64,000 bases of DNA. It comes from Candidatus Hodarchaeota archaeon (GTDB taxonomy: Archaea > Asgardarchaeota > Heimdallarchaeia > Hodarchaeales > Hodarchaeaceae). This document shows, piece after piece, positions 29,186 through 39,488 of the stretch. Made by a program: the position numbers and the translations under genes. The stretch covers positions 1 through 64,000 of the forward strand of contig JAEOTM010000133.1 of the NCBI GenBank assembly GCA_016839815.1, read 5' to 3'. Below the pieces are notes generated by a model. The model had not been told where the DNA came from. It was given only the letters and a program-made list of their open reading frames with translations, and did not search any database. How positions within the stretch are numbered: the first letter of the stretch is position 1; each line of letters begins with the position of its first letter.

Positions 29186-31717
29186 ATGGCTGATTGTGTG
29201 GCATCACGTAAATTCCTTCAGAATCGAAGTTACTACTTAGAAGCTCTCCAGCAACACAAACGAGCTGTAGCATTAATCATTGCTGTAATGGTCACAGCAC
29301 CACTTTTTGCTTTTACCTCATTACCCCCTGTGGAAGTTGTTAATGAGGTTCCCCAGGAAAAGGAAATTGACATTCCCGTTCTAGTGAACAGGACGATTGA
29401 AGTGGAAGTTAATGTGACGGAAGAAGTGGTACTAAATAGAACTGTTGTAGTAGGGAATTTTACAACAGGAGGAAACATATTTTTAGAACCACAACCTGCA
29501 CCTCCATTAATTGATTCCGATATCGTATTGTGCATTGATATCTCTGGAAGTATGGATGCTACAAGAATGCCTATTGCGCAATCAGCAATTAGAGAATTTG
29601 TGGAAATTTTAAATCAATCTAATTCCTTAGGATTATCGAATGATCGTATTGCCTTGGTCTCGTTTGCAGGTGATCGAGATGGGAATTGGACAAATGATGC
29701 TACTGTTCATGCAGATTTGGATTATTTTTCAAATCAAACCCACATTTCAGAATTACTAAACGAATCTAATAACTTAGTAGGGAACGGATGGACTGATGCC
29801 TGGGCTGGACTGAATTTTTCTCTTGAGCTTCTTCTAAATAATGAAAGAAATAGTTCATCGCTAAAGAGTATACTGTTTCTTACTGACGGAGCACATAACA
29901 CTGGCCCTTGGGGTACCGATGTTTCTACCAACCTAAATTACACTGGATTTTTAAGTGAGCCAGGTAATTTTTCCTTTTCTGATAATACACAAGGAGGGCC
30001 TTACTCAGAAAGCCCTGTGAAGATGGCTAGAATGAACGATATTAAGATTCATTCAATCGGCCTTTTCCAAGGATCAGCGTTTGAATTTGATGAAAATTTC
30101 TTACGTAATATATCAGTAAATGCCACATATGGAACATTTGGAGAATTCTTTGCTGGAAATGATACACTAACTCTTTCAGAAGGATTCTTACAAGCTAGAG
30201 ATAGAGCTTCAGGATGGTCTTTAATTAATTCTTCTGATATGATTCTAACCAGTAATGTATCTCAAAATTTGTTCTCATATAACGTTACACAGAATGTGCG
30301 TCGTTTAAAGTGGGATTTAAATTGGAATAATTCAGGTTCAGACTTTGAATTAACTGCTATTCATCCAAATGGGAGTAGCTTTCAGATTACAAATTATACT
30401 GAGAAAAATATTATTCCTGTTACACTTAGTCATCCAAAATCGGTGATCTTTGATTATCCATCCCTTGGCATCTGGAAGTTTAACATATCGATAATGAATG
30501 AATCTAACCCCAATGAACCAATTAAGAGTCGATTGTCCTCCTATGAACCGCCAATATTCATAGAGTCTATTCGTCAGTATGAACCTACAGTAGGAAATCA
30601 AACAATACTTTCAGATATTGAAAAATCAGTAACCAATAATTTGGAAGTACCAGGTTATGAGAACTCCATCCCATATAAAATTTTAGGAACAACGGCAAAC
30701 GGTACGTCCAATAATCAATCAGTACTATTTTTAGTCAATGTAACAAATAAAAATCCATTGTTCACATACCATAACATAACTGTCTACGTTTTAGGGAATT
30801 TTACAGATTACAATGTGTCAATGAATTGGTCTCCTACCTCAATAGATTCGCTTGATACAGGTAAGTTTTCAGAGTTTCTCCTCAATTTAACTTTCAATGA
30901 ACCAGTATTTCTACAGGGTACAATATTTTTCAAGGTAAATTGCTCAGAAGGGTTTCACGATGCTGTAGCTCAAGAAGTTTCATTAGATTATCGGATAACA
31001 ACACAGAATATTACTGTCGAAACATATACCCAAGAAATTACAACCATTGTTGTTGAAACCCAATCTACCCAGATTACCATTGTATCACAAGGATTAACCA
31101 CGATATATAATTACAATCGTCAAGCTTTTGATACACTCAAATGGGGAGGATTTTTTGTAACATTTGGATTGTTATTATCATTTCTTGCTGTATATGTATC
31201 TGCACATGCATATCAATTACGAAGTCTAGCAAAGAGTTTTCGAACCCGTCTGTTCCCTGACCAAACAATATTGGAGCTAGCATTACAACAGGAGGGGATT
31301 TCTGTGGCCCCAGAAGAACTTAGTGCCGCAATTGAGGCCACCGATGACCTAGACCAATTTGGCGAAAATATTTTCTCACTGACGGGGAAAAAATTAACAC
31401 CAAAGGATTTAATACGGTTAACTTCGGGAGTATCGACAGATCAGGTTATAACTCGTTTAAGTTTTGTCACAGGCCGGTCACCTGATGAAATCGCATCACT
31501 ATTAAATCAAGCTCCTTCCGTTGAACAACTCATCTCCCAATTAAGTCTAGATGAAGAGCGTTTTCTGGATATTATCACTCGTGATGAACAGGTTTTAAGT
31601 TTTCAATCTAAAATTGCCGCTCTTATTACTCCTACACAGAGAGAAATATCACAGATTATTCTCAATGACGATTTAGACATCTCAAAATTTCGATCCCAAC
31701 TAAGAAGAAAGCTATAA
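29186..31717 (+). CDS. Membrane-anchored vWA-domain surface glycoprotein with a cytoplasmic helical tail
   Basis: N-terminal TM (aa ~27-44), MIDAS DISGS...T...LTDG, beta-rich domains with many N-x-S/T sequons, second TM (WGGFFVTFGLLLSFLAVYV), ~170-aa helical C-terminus. Confidence 0.8.
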   Translation: MADCVASRKFLQNRSYYLEALQQHKRAVALIIAVMVTAPLFAFTSLPPVEVVNEVPQEKEIDIPVLVNRTIEVEVNVTEEVVLNRTVVVGNFTTGGNIFLEPQPAPPLIDSDIVLCIDISGSMDATRMPIAQSAIREFVEILNQSNSLGLSNDRIALVSFAGDRDGNWTNDATVHADLDYFSNQTHISELLNESNNLVGNGWTDAWAGLNFSLELLLNNERNSSSLKSILFLTDGAHNTGPWGTDVSTNLNYTGFLSEPGNFSFSDNTQGGPYSESPVKMARMNDIKIHSIGLFQGSAFEFDENFLRNISVNATYGTFGEFFAGNDTLTLSEGFLQARDRASGWSLINSSDMILTSNVSQNLFSYNVTQNVRRLKWDLNWNNSGSDFELTAIHPNGSSFQITNYTEKNIIPVTLSHPKSVIFDYPSLGIWKFNISIMNESNPNEPIKSRLSSYEPPIFIESIRQYEPTVGNQTILSDIEKSVTNNLEVPGYENSIPYKILGTTANGTSNNQSVLFLVNVTNKNPLFTYHNITVYVLGNFTDYNVSMNWSPTSIDSLDTGKFSEFLLNLTFNEPVFLQGTIFFKVNCSEGFHDAVAQEVSLDYRITTQNITVETYTQEITTIVVETQSTQITIVSQGLTTIYNYNRQAFDTLKWGGFFVTFGLLLSFLAVYVSAHAYQLRSLAKSFRTRLFPDQTILELALQQEGISVAPEELSAAIEATDDLDQFGENIFSLTGKKLTPKDLIRLTSGVSTDQVITRLSFVTGRSPDEIASLLNQAPSVEQLISQLSLDEERFLDIITRDEQVLSFQSKIAALITPTQREISQIILNDDLDISKFRSQLRRKL

Positions 31718-31728
31718 GATCGGGATTG

Positions 31729-32661
31729 TCAGGTACTAAAAATTTTGTTTTCTAAGCTTTGATATTGGTTTGCTGAAACCGTACGTAATGAAGTAGAATC
31801 GCTTATTATCTGTAATATCATTTCAGTAGTGGATTGAAAGTCTTTGGCACATTTCATTTTATGAAATTGTGAATCAACCGTAGGGAGTTCATATTGAGGA
31901 ATTATTTTATTAAATTCGGGATCTTCCCTTACCATTCCTAAGACTGGATATGAAAAAGATTCCATTACCTGTTCTATCCATTTCTCGCTCAGAACTTTCT
32001 CAGATACTTTATTAAATACTAACCCGTTTAAACTTAATCCAGGTTCTGCAAACATGCTATAATCTTTGAGAAATCTTTCTAGTGTTTGAATTTCAGAAAT
32101 GACTTTATTTACGCTTACTTTATTTAGATCAACAATACCTAAAATCATATTTGAATTCAATAAGGCAGCGATCTCAAAAAATCTTTGCTGCCTCGCTTCA
32201 ATCAGTGGCAAATCAAAAAACATGTACTTTGCACCTGCTTTTTCTATAGCATCAGCAATCTCACAAATATGTCGTGTGAGCTCAAGAGTATCAGATTTAG
32301 ATACGGTACTAGTCATCCCACGTTCAAATACGGGAATCATAAAGAATAGTGGGTCATTTGTATCTTTATGTGCAAATTTTGATGGGAAACTGCATTTAGA
32401 CCAGTCTAGAGTCTGAGAAGACTCCTTCATTTCCTCTGTGATAGAGGTTAGTTCCCCCATCCGCATTAAGATCTTATCAGAGGCAAAAAACTGTATGGTT
32501 GTATACATATTCGAAAAATCGAAAATACACGCAAGAGGGAAGTTTGGAACACTCTGGGGTTGATCTTTCATCCATCTTTTTACTAGTTCATACCCTAATG
32601 TGGCCATAACTGGTGTTTGGGAACTGGTAGTACCAGCCGAGACAAATGATATCTTTAACAT
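31729..32661 (-). CDS. Divergent MinD/ParA-like protein with a degenerate Walker A
   Basis: ISFVSAGTTSSQTPVMATLG aligns by eye to SGKGGVGKTT.TANLG; also YMFFDLP, GLVFNKV and VLGMVREDPEF. Confidence 0.55.
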   Translation of the reverse strand: MLKISFVSAGTTSSQTPVMATLGYELVKRWMKDQPQSVPNFPLACIFDFSNMYTTIQFFASDKILMRMGELTSITEEMKESSQTLDWSKCSFPSKFAHKDTNDPLFFMIPVFERGMTSTVSKSDTLELTRHICEIADAIEKAGAKYMFFDLPLIEARQQRFFEIAALLNSNMILGIVDLNKVSVNKVISEIQTLERFLKDYSMFAEPGLSLNGLVFNKVSEKVLSEKWIEQVMESFSYPVLGMVREDPEFNKIIPQYELPTVDSQFHKMKCAKDFQSTTEMILQIISDSTSLRTVSANQYQSLENKIFST

Positions 32662-32744
32662 GATAATCCTCTATATTCAGGAGAATTTGTGATCGTTCCT
32701 CATTGACCTTCAGAGATATGTAAGTATCTGAATTTTTAAGTCAT

Positions 32745-33641
32745 TTAACTATACGTTCGAAATAACCGTTGCGCATTTTGATAAAATAATTTTTGGTAAA
32801 ATGAAGTACTCATCCCTCGATCTAACCAACTACTAATTGCATTCTGATATGGATAGGGAATATTCGGATAATCACTACCAAACATAAGCCGATCTGATAA
32901 CTCCTCCAATTCATGATTTTCTATAGTGGCCAAAGGGTCATCAAAGGCTGGATTATTCTTCACACCTACCATGGCTGTATCAAAATATAAATTCGGATAT
33001 TCTTCGATTAATGTCCACATTTCATGAAATTCATTGGCTCCTAAATGGGGAACAATTACTTTTAACTCCGGAAATCTTTCTAAAAATGGACGAAGGTATT
33101 GAACACCGACATAAGGGCATTCTAATGTTTTAGAAGGATGAAAATTAGAGTGATCGGGCCCTGTTCCAATATGTACTAGCAAAATCCGATCATAATCAGC
33201 GATTTGTTGGTACAATGGAAGCAACCGCTCATCTGATAAATAAAAGGAGGTTACCATCAATTGTAATTTCATTCCTGCAAAATTCAATTCACGAAAAATA
33301 CGTTCTGTTTCTAATTCACAATTTACGTCATCTGGATGAATAGTTCCAAAGGGTATTGCCTGAGTACCATCACCAACAGAAGAACAGAAAGAATGAGTCC
33401 AATTATTCAGGGAATTAGCTATCCCCCCCTTATGGGCATAATTCAAGACAATAAAATTACAAACATCATGAATAGAAACCAATTCATTCACAAGAGAGTC
33501 TATAGGACCTTTTTGATGAATTGGCCAGTAATTTGCTTCGAAGTATTGCCAGATCCTTCCAAACATCCTAGGAGGAAAAAAATGTGTGTGGGTATCAAAA
33601 ATCGGAAATTTCATGAGGAGGTCATTTATATTCAATATCAT
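32745..33641 (-). CDS. Amidohydrolase_2-family metal-dependent hydrolase
   Basis: DTHTHF, FGTIHP, VHIG, PHLG, YFDTA, FGSDYPNIP. Confidence 0.88.
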   Translation of the reverse strand: MILNINDLLMKFPIFDTHTHFFPPRMFGRIWQYFEANYWPIHQKGPIDSLVNELVSIHDVCNFIVLNYAHKGGIANSLNNWTHSFCSSVGDGTQAIPFGTIHPDDVNCELETERIFRELNFAGMKLQLMVTSFYLSDERLLPLYQQIADYDRILLVHIGTGPDHSNFHPSKTLECPYVGVQYLRPFLERFPELKVIVPHLGANEFHEMWTLIEEYPNLYFDTAMVGVKNNPAFDDPLATIENHELEELSDRLMFGSDYPNIPYPYQNAISSWLDRGMSTSFYQKLFYQNAQRLFRTYS

Positions 33642-33643
33642 TG

Positions 33644-34258
33644 TTAGTAGATATCAGGAAATTCATCCGTAATGGAAGAATATCCAAGATAGTACATAAA
33701 CCAAGCTAAAGCAAAACCTACAACAAGAAACAGATTTATAGAAGGTGTTTCTGCTAGGCTATATGCACCAAAATCTAATTCCCAATTCTCAAAGATGAGC
33801 ACGATTATATAAAGCAAATATTCGATACCAGTTCCTACTAAGCCGATCTTAAGTCCTATCTTTGTTAATTCAATTTTACGGCTTTTTTCGATGTTAACCT
33901 TGTCTATAATTGGTAAAATCAAGAGTGCAGCGGCAACAATTTGCGTGACTATCCAGATAAGTCCCCATACTTGGATAAAAATCCAGATCAATCCCACATT
34001 TGAATCTAATGCGACTTCAATTAAGTTTTTGGATCCACTACCAGACTGTGAACTATATTCCATAATATTCCAATAAAAATCCACTCGTTGATTAACAGTG
34101 GAGCCACCCTGGTAGCGAGAAAAATTGATAAAACCACCAAAATATTGAAGAATAGGAAGAATTATTCCCAGAATTACAAAGACTCCAGTGGTAAAAATCA
34201 TCCATGCAACATTCGACTCCCCATCAAGTTCATTACTACTCAGTTTACCAGCTTCCAT
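33644..34258 (-). CDS. Hypothetical four-TM membrane protein
   Basis: 204-aa ORF with four hydrophobic segments, abutting the amidohydrolase gene. Confidence 0.65.
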   Translation of the reverse strand: MEAGKLSSNELDGESNVAWMIFTTGVFVILGIILPILQYFGGFINFSRYQGGSTVNQRVDFYWNIMEYSSQSGSGSKNLIEVALDSNVGLIWIFIQVWGLIWIVTQIVAAALLILPIIDKVNIEKSRKIELTKIGLKIGLVGTGIEYLLYIIVLIFENWELDFGAYSLAETPSINLFLVVGFALAWFMYYLGYSSITDEFPDIY

Positions 34259-34500
34259 TTCTAACCCACCATAGTATACGATTTTAAATTATTATCAAGA
34301 GCTAAATTTTCATCTTAATCTACATATAATTAAGAATACTGGTTAATGCACAATTTTGGCCCTCTTAACAGTCGAAAATAATAAACTATTGTGTGTACAG
34401 AAAAAAGATAAAGCGAGGAGAAAAATAATCATTCAAATCCGATTTCGTTTTCAGATTCAATGAGTAAAATAAATACGCATTTACAAGGAGAATTTAAGAA

Positions 34501-36681
34501 ATGACACTCCTCACAGAGTTAAAATATGAATTACGTCCTGTTGAAAAAGGTTACGCAAATAGAACATTGTATGTTAACCTCTCGACGAATGAAATTAGTA
34601 TCAAACCAGTCACCGAAGAGATGAAGCAGAAATTCATCGGTGGAAAAGGTTTTGATTTGTATCGCATGTGGCATGGATTACCCAAGGATCGGCCAGTAAA
34701 GTGGGATGATCCAGAAAATGAAATATGCATAAGTTCAGGGCCATTAGGAGGAAGTACATATTACCCAGGTTCTGGAAAGTCAATCGTAACCACAATCTCC
34801 CCCTTAACTGGTATAGTCATAGATTCTAATGTGGGAGGATATTTCGGCCCATATATTAAATTCAGTGGTTTTGACGGATTAGAAATTCAAGGTAAAGCGG
34901 AAAAAGAAGTCGTTCTATTTATCAATGGAGATGAGGGAAGAGTAACTCTTGAAGAAGCTCAAAATCTGCCCAAAGAAAGTCATATCTTGACACAACAGTT
35001 AACTGAAAAATATGCAGTAGATTCAACAGAGAGGGAAAAAATCCGGGTTTCAGTGGTATCTACAGGTGAAGCTGCAAAACATACCAAGATGAGTTGTCTA
35101 AATTTTTCGTGGTACAATAAAAAACGTGAATGGGCATCCTCAAAACAAGCGGGAAGAGGGGGTATTGGAACTGTTTTCGCTGATAAGAAATTAAAAGCAC
35201 TAGTTTGCAGATCTCCAAGAGTAAATGCAAAAATTAACAACCCAGCGGGACCAGAAGGGAAAAATGCTGGAAAACAGCATAATCTTGAAATCATTGAAAA
35301 TGACCCCAAACAAAATGAAATGCGTATAGTAGGAACTGGCCATCTTCCGGAAATTATGCATGAATTTGATTTATTACCGACGGAAAATTTCAGATTTGGT
35401 GGCCATCAAACTTTAAGTGGAGAAGATTTTCCGTATACTCGTGAGGTTTGGCGTAAGATTTACACAAATACAGGAACAGGGGCAGATGGTTGTTGGATTG
35501 GATGTACAATCGCCTGTAGTCATATCTCAAAAGGACATGTTGTCCTCACAGGCCCCTTTAAAGGACAAGAGGTTTATGTGGATGGACCTGAATATGAGAC
35601 CATTGCTGGATGTGGATCGAATTGGGGAGTATGGGATCCAAAAATTGTCCTTGAAGCGAATTTTTACTGTGATACTTATGGTCTAGATACGATTTCGATT
35701 GGTACAGGAATAGCATTTGTAATGGAATGCTTTGAAGCTGGAATTCTTAACACAGACATCACAGGTGGGTTAGAACTAAACTTTGGAAGCGGATTAGCTG
35801 CCATGGAACTGATCCATCAGATGGCTCGTGGAGAAGGTTTCGGAGTTATTGTTGGACAGGGGATTCGTTCTATGAAGGAACATTTTACTAAAGAGTATGG
35901 AGCCGATCCTCAATTTCTACAGGACATAGGAATGGAACACAAGGGCTTAGAGTTCTCTGAATACGTCACAAAAGAATCTGTGGCCCAACAAGGAGGATAT
36001 GGATTTGCATTGAAAGGACCACAACACGACGAGGCCTGGCTTATCTTTGAAGACCAAGTACGAAAGAATTTACCGACTTTTGAAGACAAAGCTGAGGCCT
36101 TGGCATGGTTCCCCTATTGGAGAACTTGGTTCGGGTTAAACGGACTCTGTAAACTGCCGTGGAACGATGTAATTCCTCCAGACAATAATGAGAATCCACA
36201 AAAGCCATTAAAACTAGCTGATGCGCGTGCTAAAGTTCCCAAGCATGTTCAATGGTATGCAGAATATTTTAGCGGTGTAACCGGTATTCAATCTACTCCA
36301 GATGATCTCATCAAAATGTCTGAACGTGTTTATAATTTTCAGAGGATTTTCAACGTACGTCAAGGCAAAGGTTTAAAGGAACACGACTCTAATTTCCCAT
36401 ACCGAGCTATGGGCCCAGTTTCAGTATTAGAATATGAGAGTAGAACAGCGAGGTATGACACTCAAATAAAAGAGGAAGTTGGTTTAGATCCTTCGCAGTG
36501 GAGTACAGAAGAGAAAATCAAAGTTCTGCGTGAGTATCGAGAAAAACAATATTCAGAACTTCAAAAGAAAGTGTATGAACGAAGAGGATGGACTGCAAAA
36601 GGTTGTCCCAGCATTGAGAAGGTGAAAGAACTTGGAATTGACTTTGATGATGTGCTACAGGTTATCACACCTTATCAATGA
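34501..36681 (+). CDS. aor: Aldehyde:ferredoxin oxidoreductase family (tungstopterin) enzyme
   Basis: GYANRTLYVNLS, FIGGKG, SPLTG..DSNVGG, AGRGGIGTV, CWIGCTIAC, DGPEYET, CDTYGLDTISIG, YERRGW...GCP. Confidence 0.92.
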   Translation: MTLLTELKYELRPVEKGYANRTLYVNLSTNEISIKPVTEEMKQKFIGGKGFDLYRMWHGLPKDRPVKWDDPENEICISSGPLGGSTYYPGSGKSIVTTISPLTGIVIDSNVGGYFGPYIKFSGFDGLEIQGKAEKEVVLFINGDEGRVTLEEAQNLPKESHILTQQLTEKYAVDSTEREKIRVSVVSTGEAAKHTKMSCLNFSWYNKKREWASSKQAGRGGIGTVFADKKLKALVCRSPRVNAKINNPAGPEGKNAGKQHNLEIIENDPKQNEMRIVGTGHLPEIMHEFDLLPTENFRFGGHQTLSGEDFPYTREVWRKIYTNTGTGADGCWIGCTIACSHISKGHVVLTGPFKGQEVYVDGPEYETIAGCGSNWGVWDPKIVLEANFYCDTYGLDTISIGTGIAFVMECFEAGILNTDITGGLELNFGSGLAAMELIHQMARGEGFGVIVGQGIRSMKEHFTKEYGADPQFLQDIGMEHKGLEFSEYVTKESVAQQGGYGFALKGPQHDEAWLIFEDQVRKNLPTFEDKAEALAWFPYWRTWFGLNGLCKLPWNDVIPPDNNENPQKPLKLADARAKVPKHVQWYAEYFSGVTGIQSTPDDLIKMSERVYNFQRIFNVRQGKGLKEHDSNFPYRAMGPVSVLEYESRTARYDTQIKEEVGLDPSQWSTEEKIKVLREYREKQYSELQKKVYERRGWTAKGCPSIEKVKELGIDFDDVLQVITPYQ

Positions 36682-36728
36682 TACATTACTCCATTTTAAA
36701 AAGATAAAACCAAGAAGGCATTAGAAGA

Positions 36729-37793
36729 ATGACTTACAAAGCAAATGAAGAATTTTTAGAAAAATTGATCACGACTCCTCGCGCAACGGGATATGAATTC
36801 TCAGCTCAAGGAGTAATAAAAGAGTATCTTGAAGACAAAGTAGATAAAGTCTATGGCGACCGTGTTGGGAACCTATATGCAGTTGTTAATCCTGATAAAC
36901 CGTTTAAAGTAATGTTAGCGGGTCATATTGACCAAATTGGCTTTCAAATCAGTCATATTGATAAGAAGGGGTTTCTTTGGTTTCTCCCTCTTGGGGGTTT
37001 TGACACATCTACATTACCAGGCAAACGAGTAAAAATGTTTTCGAAAGGGAAATTCATTCCTGGAGTAATTGGCAAAAAACCTATTCACTTAACAAAACCA
37101 GAAGAACGAAAAAAAGCACCTGAAATGGAGAAGCTATTCATCGATTGTGGCTTTCAATCGAAGGAAGAAGCCCAAGAAAAAGTCGATATAGGTGATTTTG
37201 CTGTTTTTGATTATGGTTATCAACGTCTTGGAGAGCATAGATATGCTGTTGCAAGTGGTTTTGACGATGCCATTGGGTCGTTCATAGTTGCAGAAATTAT
37301 GAAAGAACTCTCAAAAGACAAAGATTTCTATGCTAGTGTTCACGGAGTAAGTACTGTACAAGAAGAAATCGGTCTTCGTGGTGCAGTAGTTGCCTCCAGA
37401 AACCTTAAACCTGATGTCGGTATTGCTTTTGATGTTGGATTTGCATCCGATAATCCTGAAATCAAGAAGAAACAAGTAGGTGATACGAAACTAGGTGGAG
37501 GTCCTATTGTCTGTGTGGGCCCAAATTTTAATCCTGTCCTTTTTCAACGAATTCTCAAGGTTGCAGAAGAAAATGAAATATCTGTTCAACGAATCGCACT
37601 TAACAGAGGAACGGGTACTGATGCAAACGCCATTCAACTCTCAGGTGCTGCAACAGCATTAATTTCAATTCCAAATAGATATATGCATACTGCCAGTGAA
37701 ATCATCAGTCTTGATGATGTTGAGAACATTGTGAAACTTGTGGTTCAGCTTATAAAGTCAATAACCGCAGAAGATACATTCATTCCCTTCTAG
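36729..37793 (+). CDS. M42-family metallo-aminopeptidase (TET-like)
   Basis: AGHIDQIG, FDDAIG, TVQEEIGLRGA, GTDA, RYMHT. Confidence 0.92.
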   Translation: MTYKANEEFLEKLITTPRATGYEFSAQGVIKEYLEDKVDKVYGDRVGNLYAVVNPDKPFKVMLAGHIDQIGFQISHIDKKGFLWFLPLGGFDTSTLPGKRVKMFSKGKFIPGVIGKKPIHLTKPEERKKAPEMEKLFIDCGFQSKEEAQEKVDIGDFAVFDYGYQRLGEHRYAVASGFDDAIGSFIVAEIMKELSKDKDFYASVHGVSTVQEEIGLRGAVVASRNLKPDVGIAFDVGFASDNPEIKKKQVGDTKLGGGPIVCVGPNFNPVLFQRILKVAEENEISVQRIALNRGTGTDANAIQLSGAATALISIPNRYMHTASEIISLDDVENIVKLVVQLIKSITAEDTFIPF

Positions 37794-37894
37794 TATCTTC
37801 CTATTTCTTTTTCACCTTCCGTGAAGAGAGATTAAATTTTGCAATTATTGGATGGATCTTTGTCAAGGAAGGGATTTCTAACTGAAGTCTCAAA

Positions 37895-38308
37895 TTATAA
37901 ATTTCCTAGTTTGGTTGGAGCTTCCGATTTTTCAATATTCCCAAATCCTTTCCCATCAGAGCAGTATTCTGGACGTGGAGGACTGAAAACGTCTAGAATC
38001 ACTGCTGACATTTCAGAAGTCCGTAAACTATGTTGAACATTACTTGGGGTGATCCAAAAGTCACCCATTTGCATTTCAAACTCCTGTCCATCTTGAGTTC
38101 GAGTACATTTACCTTCTAATAATATTCCCCATTGTTCCTCTGGATGCTGGTGGCTTTCTCCTTCGGAAAATGGATCAAGCTGGACAAATGAAAGCATAGA
38201 ATTGGTACCAACAAAAATTTTGGCTGTGATACCTTCTCGTAACTGTCTAACGATTGCTCTTTCGTCTTTATACCGATTAAATATCCAGTTCACTATCGTT
38301 TTATCCAT
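37895..38308 (-). CDS. Cupin-domain protein
   Basis: HQHPEEQWGILLEG, PSNVQH, LDVFSPPRPEY. Confidence 0.88.
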   Translation of the reverse strand: MDKTIVNWIFNRYKDERAIVRQLREGITAKIFVGTNSMLSFVQLDPFSEGESHQHPEEQWGILLEGKCTRTQDGQEFEMQMGDFWITPSNVQHSLRTSEMSAVILDVFSPPRPEYCSDGKGFGNIEKSEAPTKLGNL

Positions 38309-38395
38309 AGGGCCAAGAATTCATAACAAGTTTATTCCTTTTTAGTATCTTCAATCATTTCCTTTTTTAACCTAATATGAAAAAGTACATTTCTT

Positions 38396-39292
38396 ATGAG
38401 TACAACGCGAAAATTTGGAATCATCACCCTTCAACAACTTCCTTGGAATGAGACAATCAAAGTATGGAAGAAAATTGAATCATTAGGATTTGATAGTGTC
38501 TGGATTGCGGATCACTTTGTAAATTATAATGATCCTACTGGTGATTGGTTTGATTGCTGGTCACTTCTGGCAGGATTGAGTGGATTCACAAAAACCATTA
38601 GAATCGGCTCATTGGTAAGTCCATTACCATTGCATCATCCAGCTCAATTAGTACGAAAAGCTACTACAGTTGATCATATTTCAAATGGTCGGTTGGAAAT
38701 TGGTATCGGAACTGGTATTCCAGGTGATAAAGGGGAGCTTGTTTATGATATGATAAATATGGAAGATTGGTCTCCTCCAGAACGAGTAGCTAGGTTTGAA
38801 GAAGCCATACAGATCATAGACAGATGCCTAAGACAACCAATAACATCCTTTGACGGGAAATACTACAAAATTCAAAACAATCCTACCTCTCCTCTTCCAA
38901 TTCAAAAACCTCGACCCCCAATTACGGTTGGAGCGATGGGAAAATCAATGATGAGACTTGCGATCCGTTACGCGGACACATGGAGCTCCTATGGCGGCCC
39001 ATGGGGCCTAGGTCCTGATGAAATGTTTGAAGCAACAAAAAACAGGGTTGAATTTGTTGAATCATATTGTAAGCAGATTAATCGGGATCCAACCACTCTT
39101 AAAAAGTCAATATTAGTCTATGGAAGTGATGCACAGAGAATATTTGCATCTGAAGAGAATTTCAAGGAGATCATCACGAAGTATAGCTCTATCGGCTTTG
39201 ATGAATTTATATGTTACTATCCCTCTCTCGATCCCTCCCAACTCAAGTCTTTTGAGACAATTGCTACCGAGATTATTCCCGAATACCGATAA
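38396..39292 (+). CDS. LLM-class (F420/flavin-dependent) oxidoreductase
   Basis: GFDSVWIADHF, TVDHISNGRLEIGIGTG, PIQKPRPPITVG. Confidence 0.9.
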   Translation: MSTTRKFGIITLQQLPWNETIKVWKKIESLGFDSVWIADHFVNYNDPTGDWFDCWSLLAGLSGFTKTIRIGSLVSPLPLHHPAQLVRKATTVDHISNGRLEIGIGTGIPGDKGELVYDMINMEDWSPPERVARFEEAIQIIDRCLRQPITSFDGKYYKIQNNPTSPLPIQKPRPPITVGAMGKSMMRLAIRYADTWSSYGGPWGLGPDEMFEATKNRVEFVESYCKQINRDPTTLKKSILVYGSDAQRIFASEENFKEIITKYSSIGFDEFICYYPSLDPSQLKSFETIATEIIPEYR

Positions 39293-39488
39293 TAGCTTTT
39301 AAGCACCTTATTGGTAATAAAGAAAAACTTCTGAGAAGAAACGAAAATCATAGTTCTTCATCTCAGCAATCTACAATTGTTAAACCTAACTTCTTACCTT
39401 TAACCATAGAAAGATATTTTTGTAGATTATTTCTATTTTAAGATTAAATTTAGTGTATTTTCGTAAATTAAGAACGGACGTATTAGTA

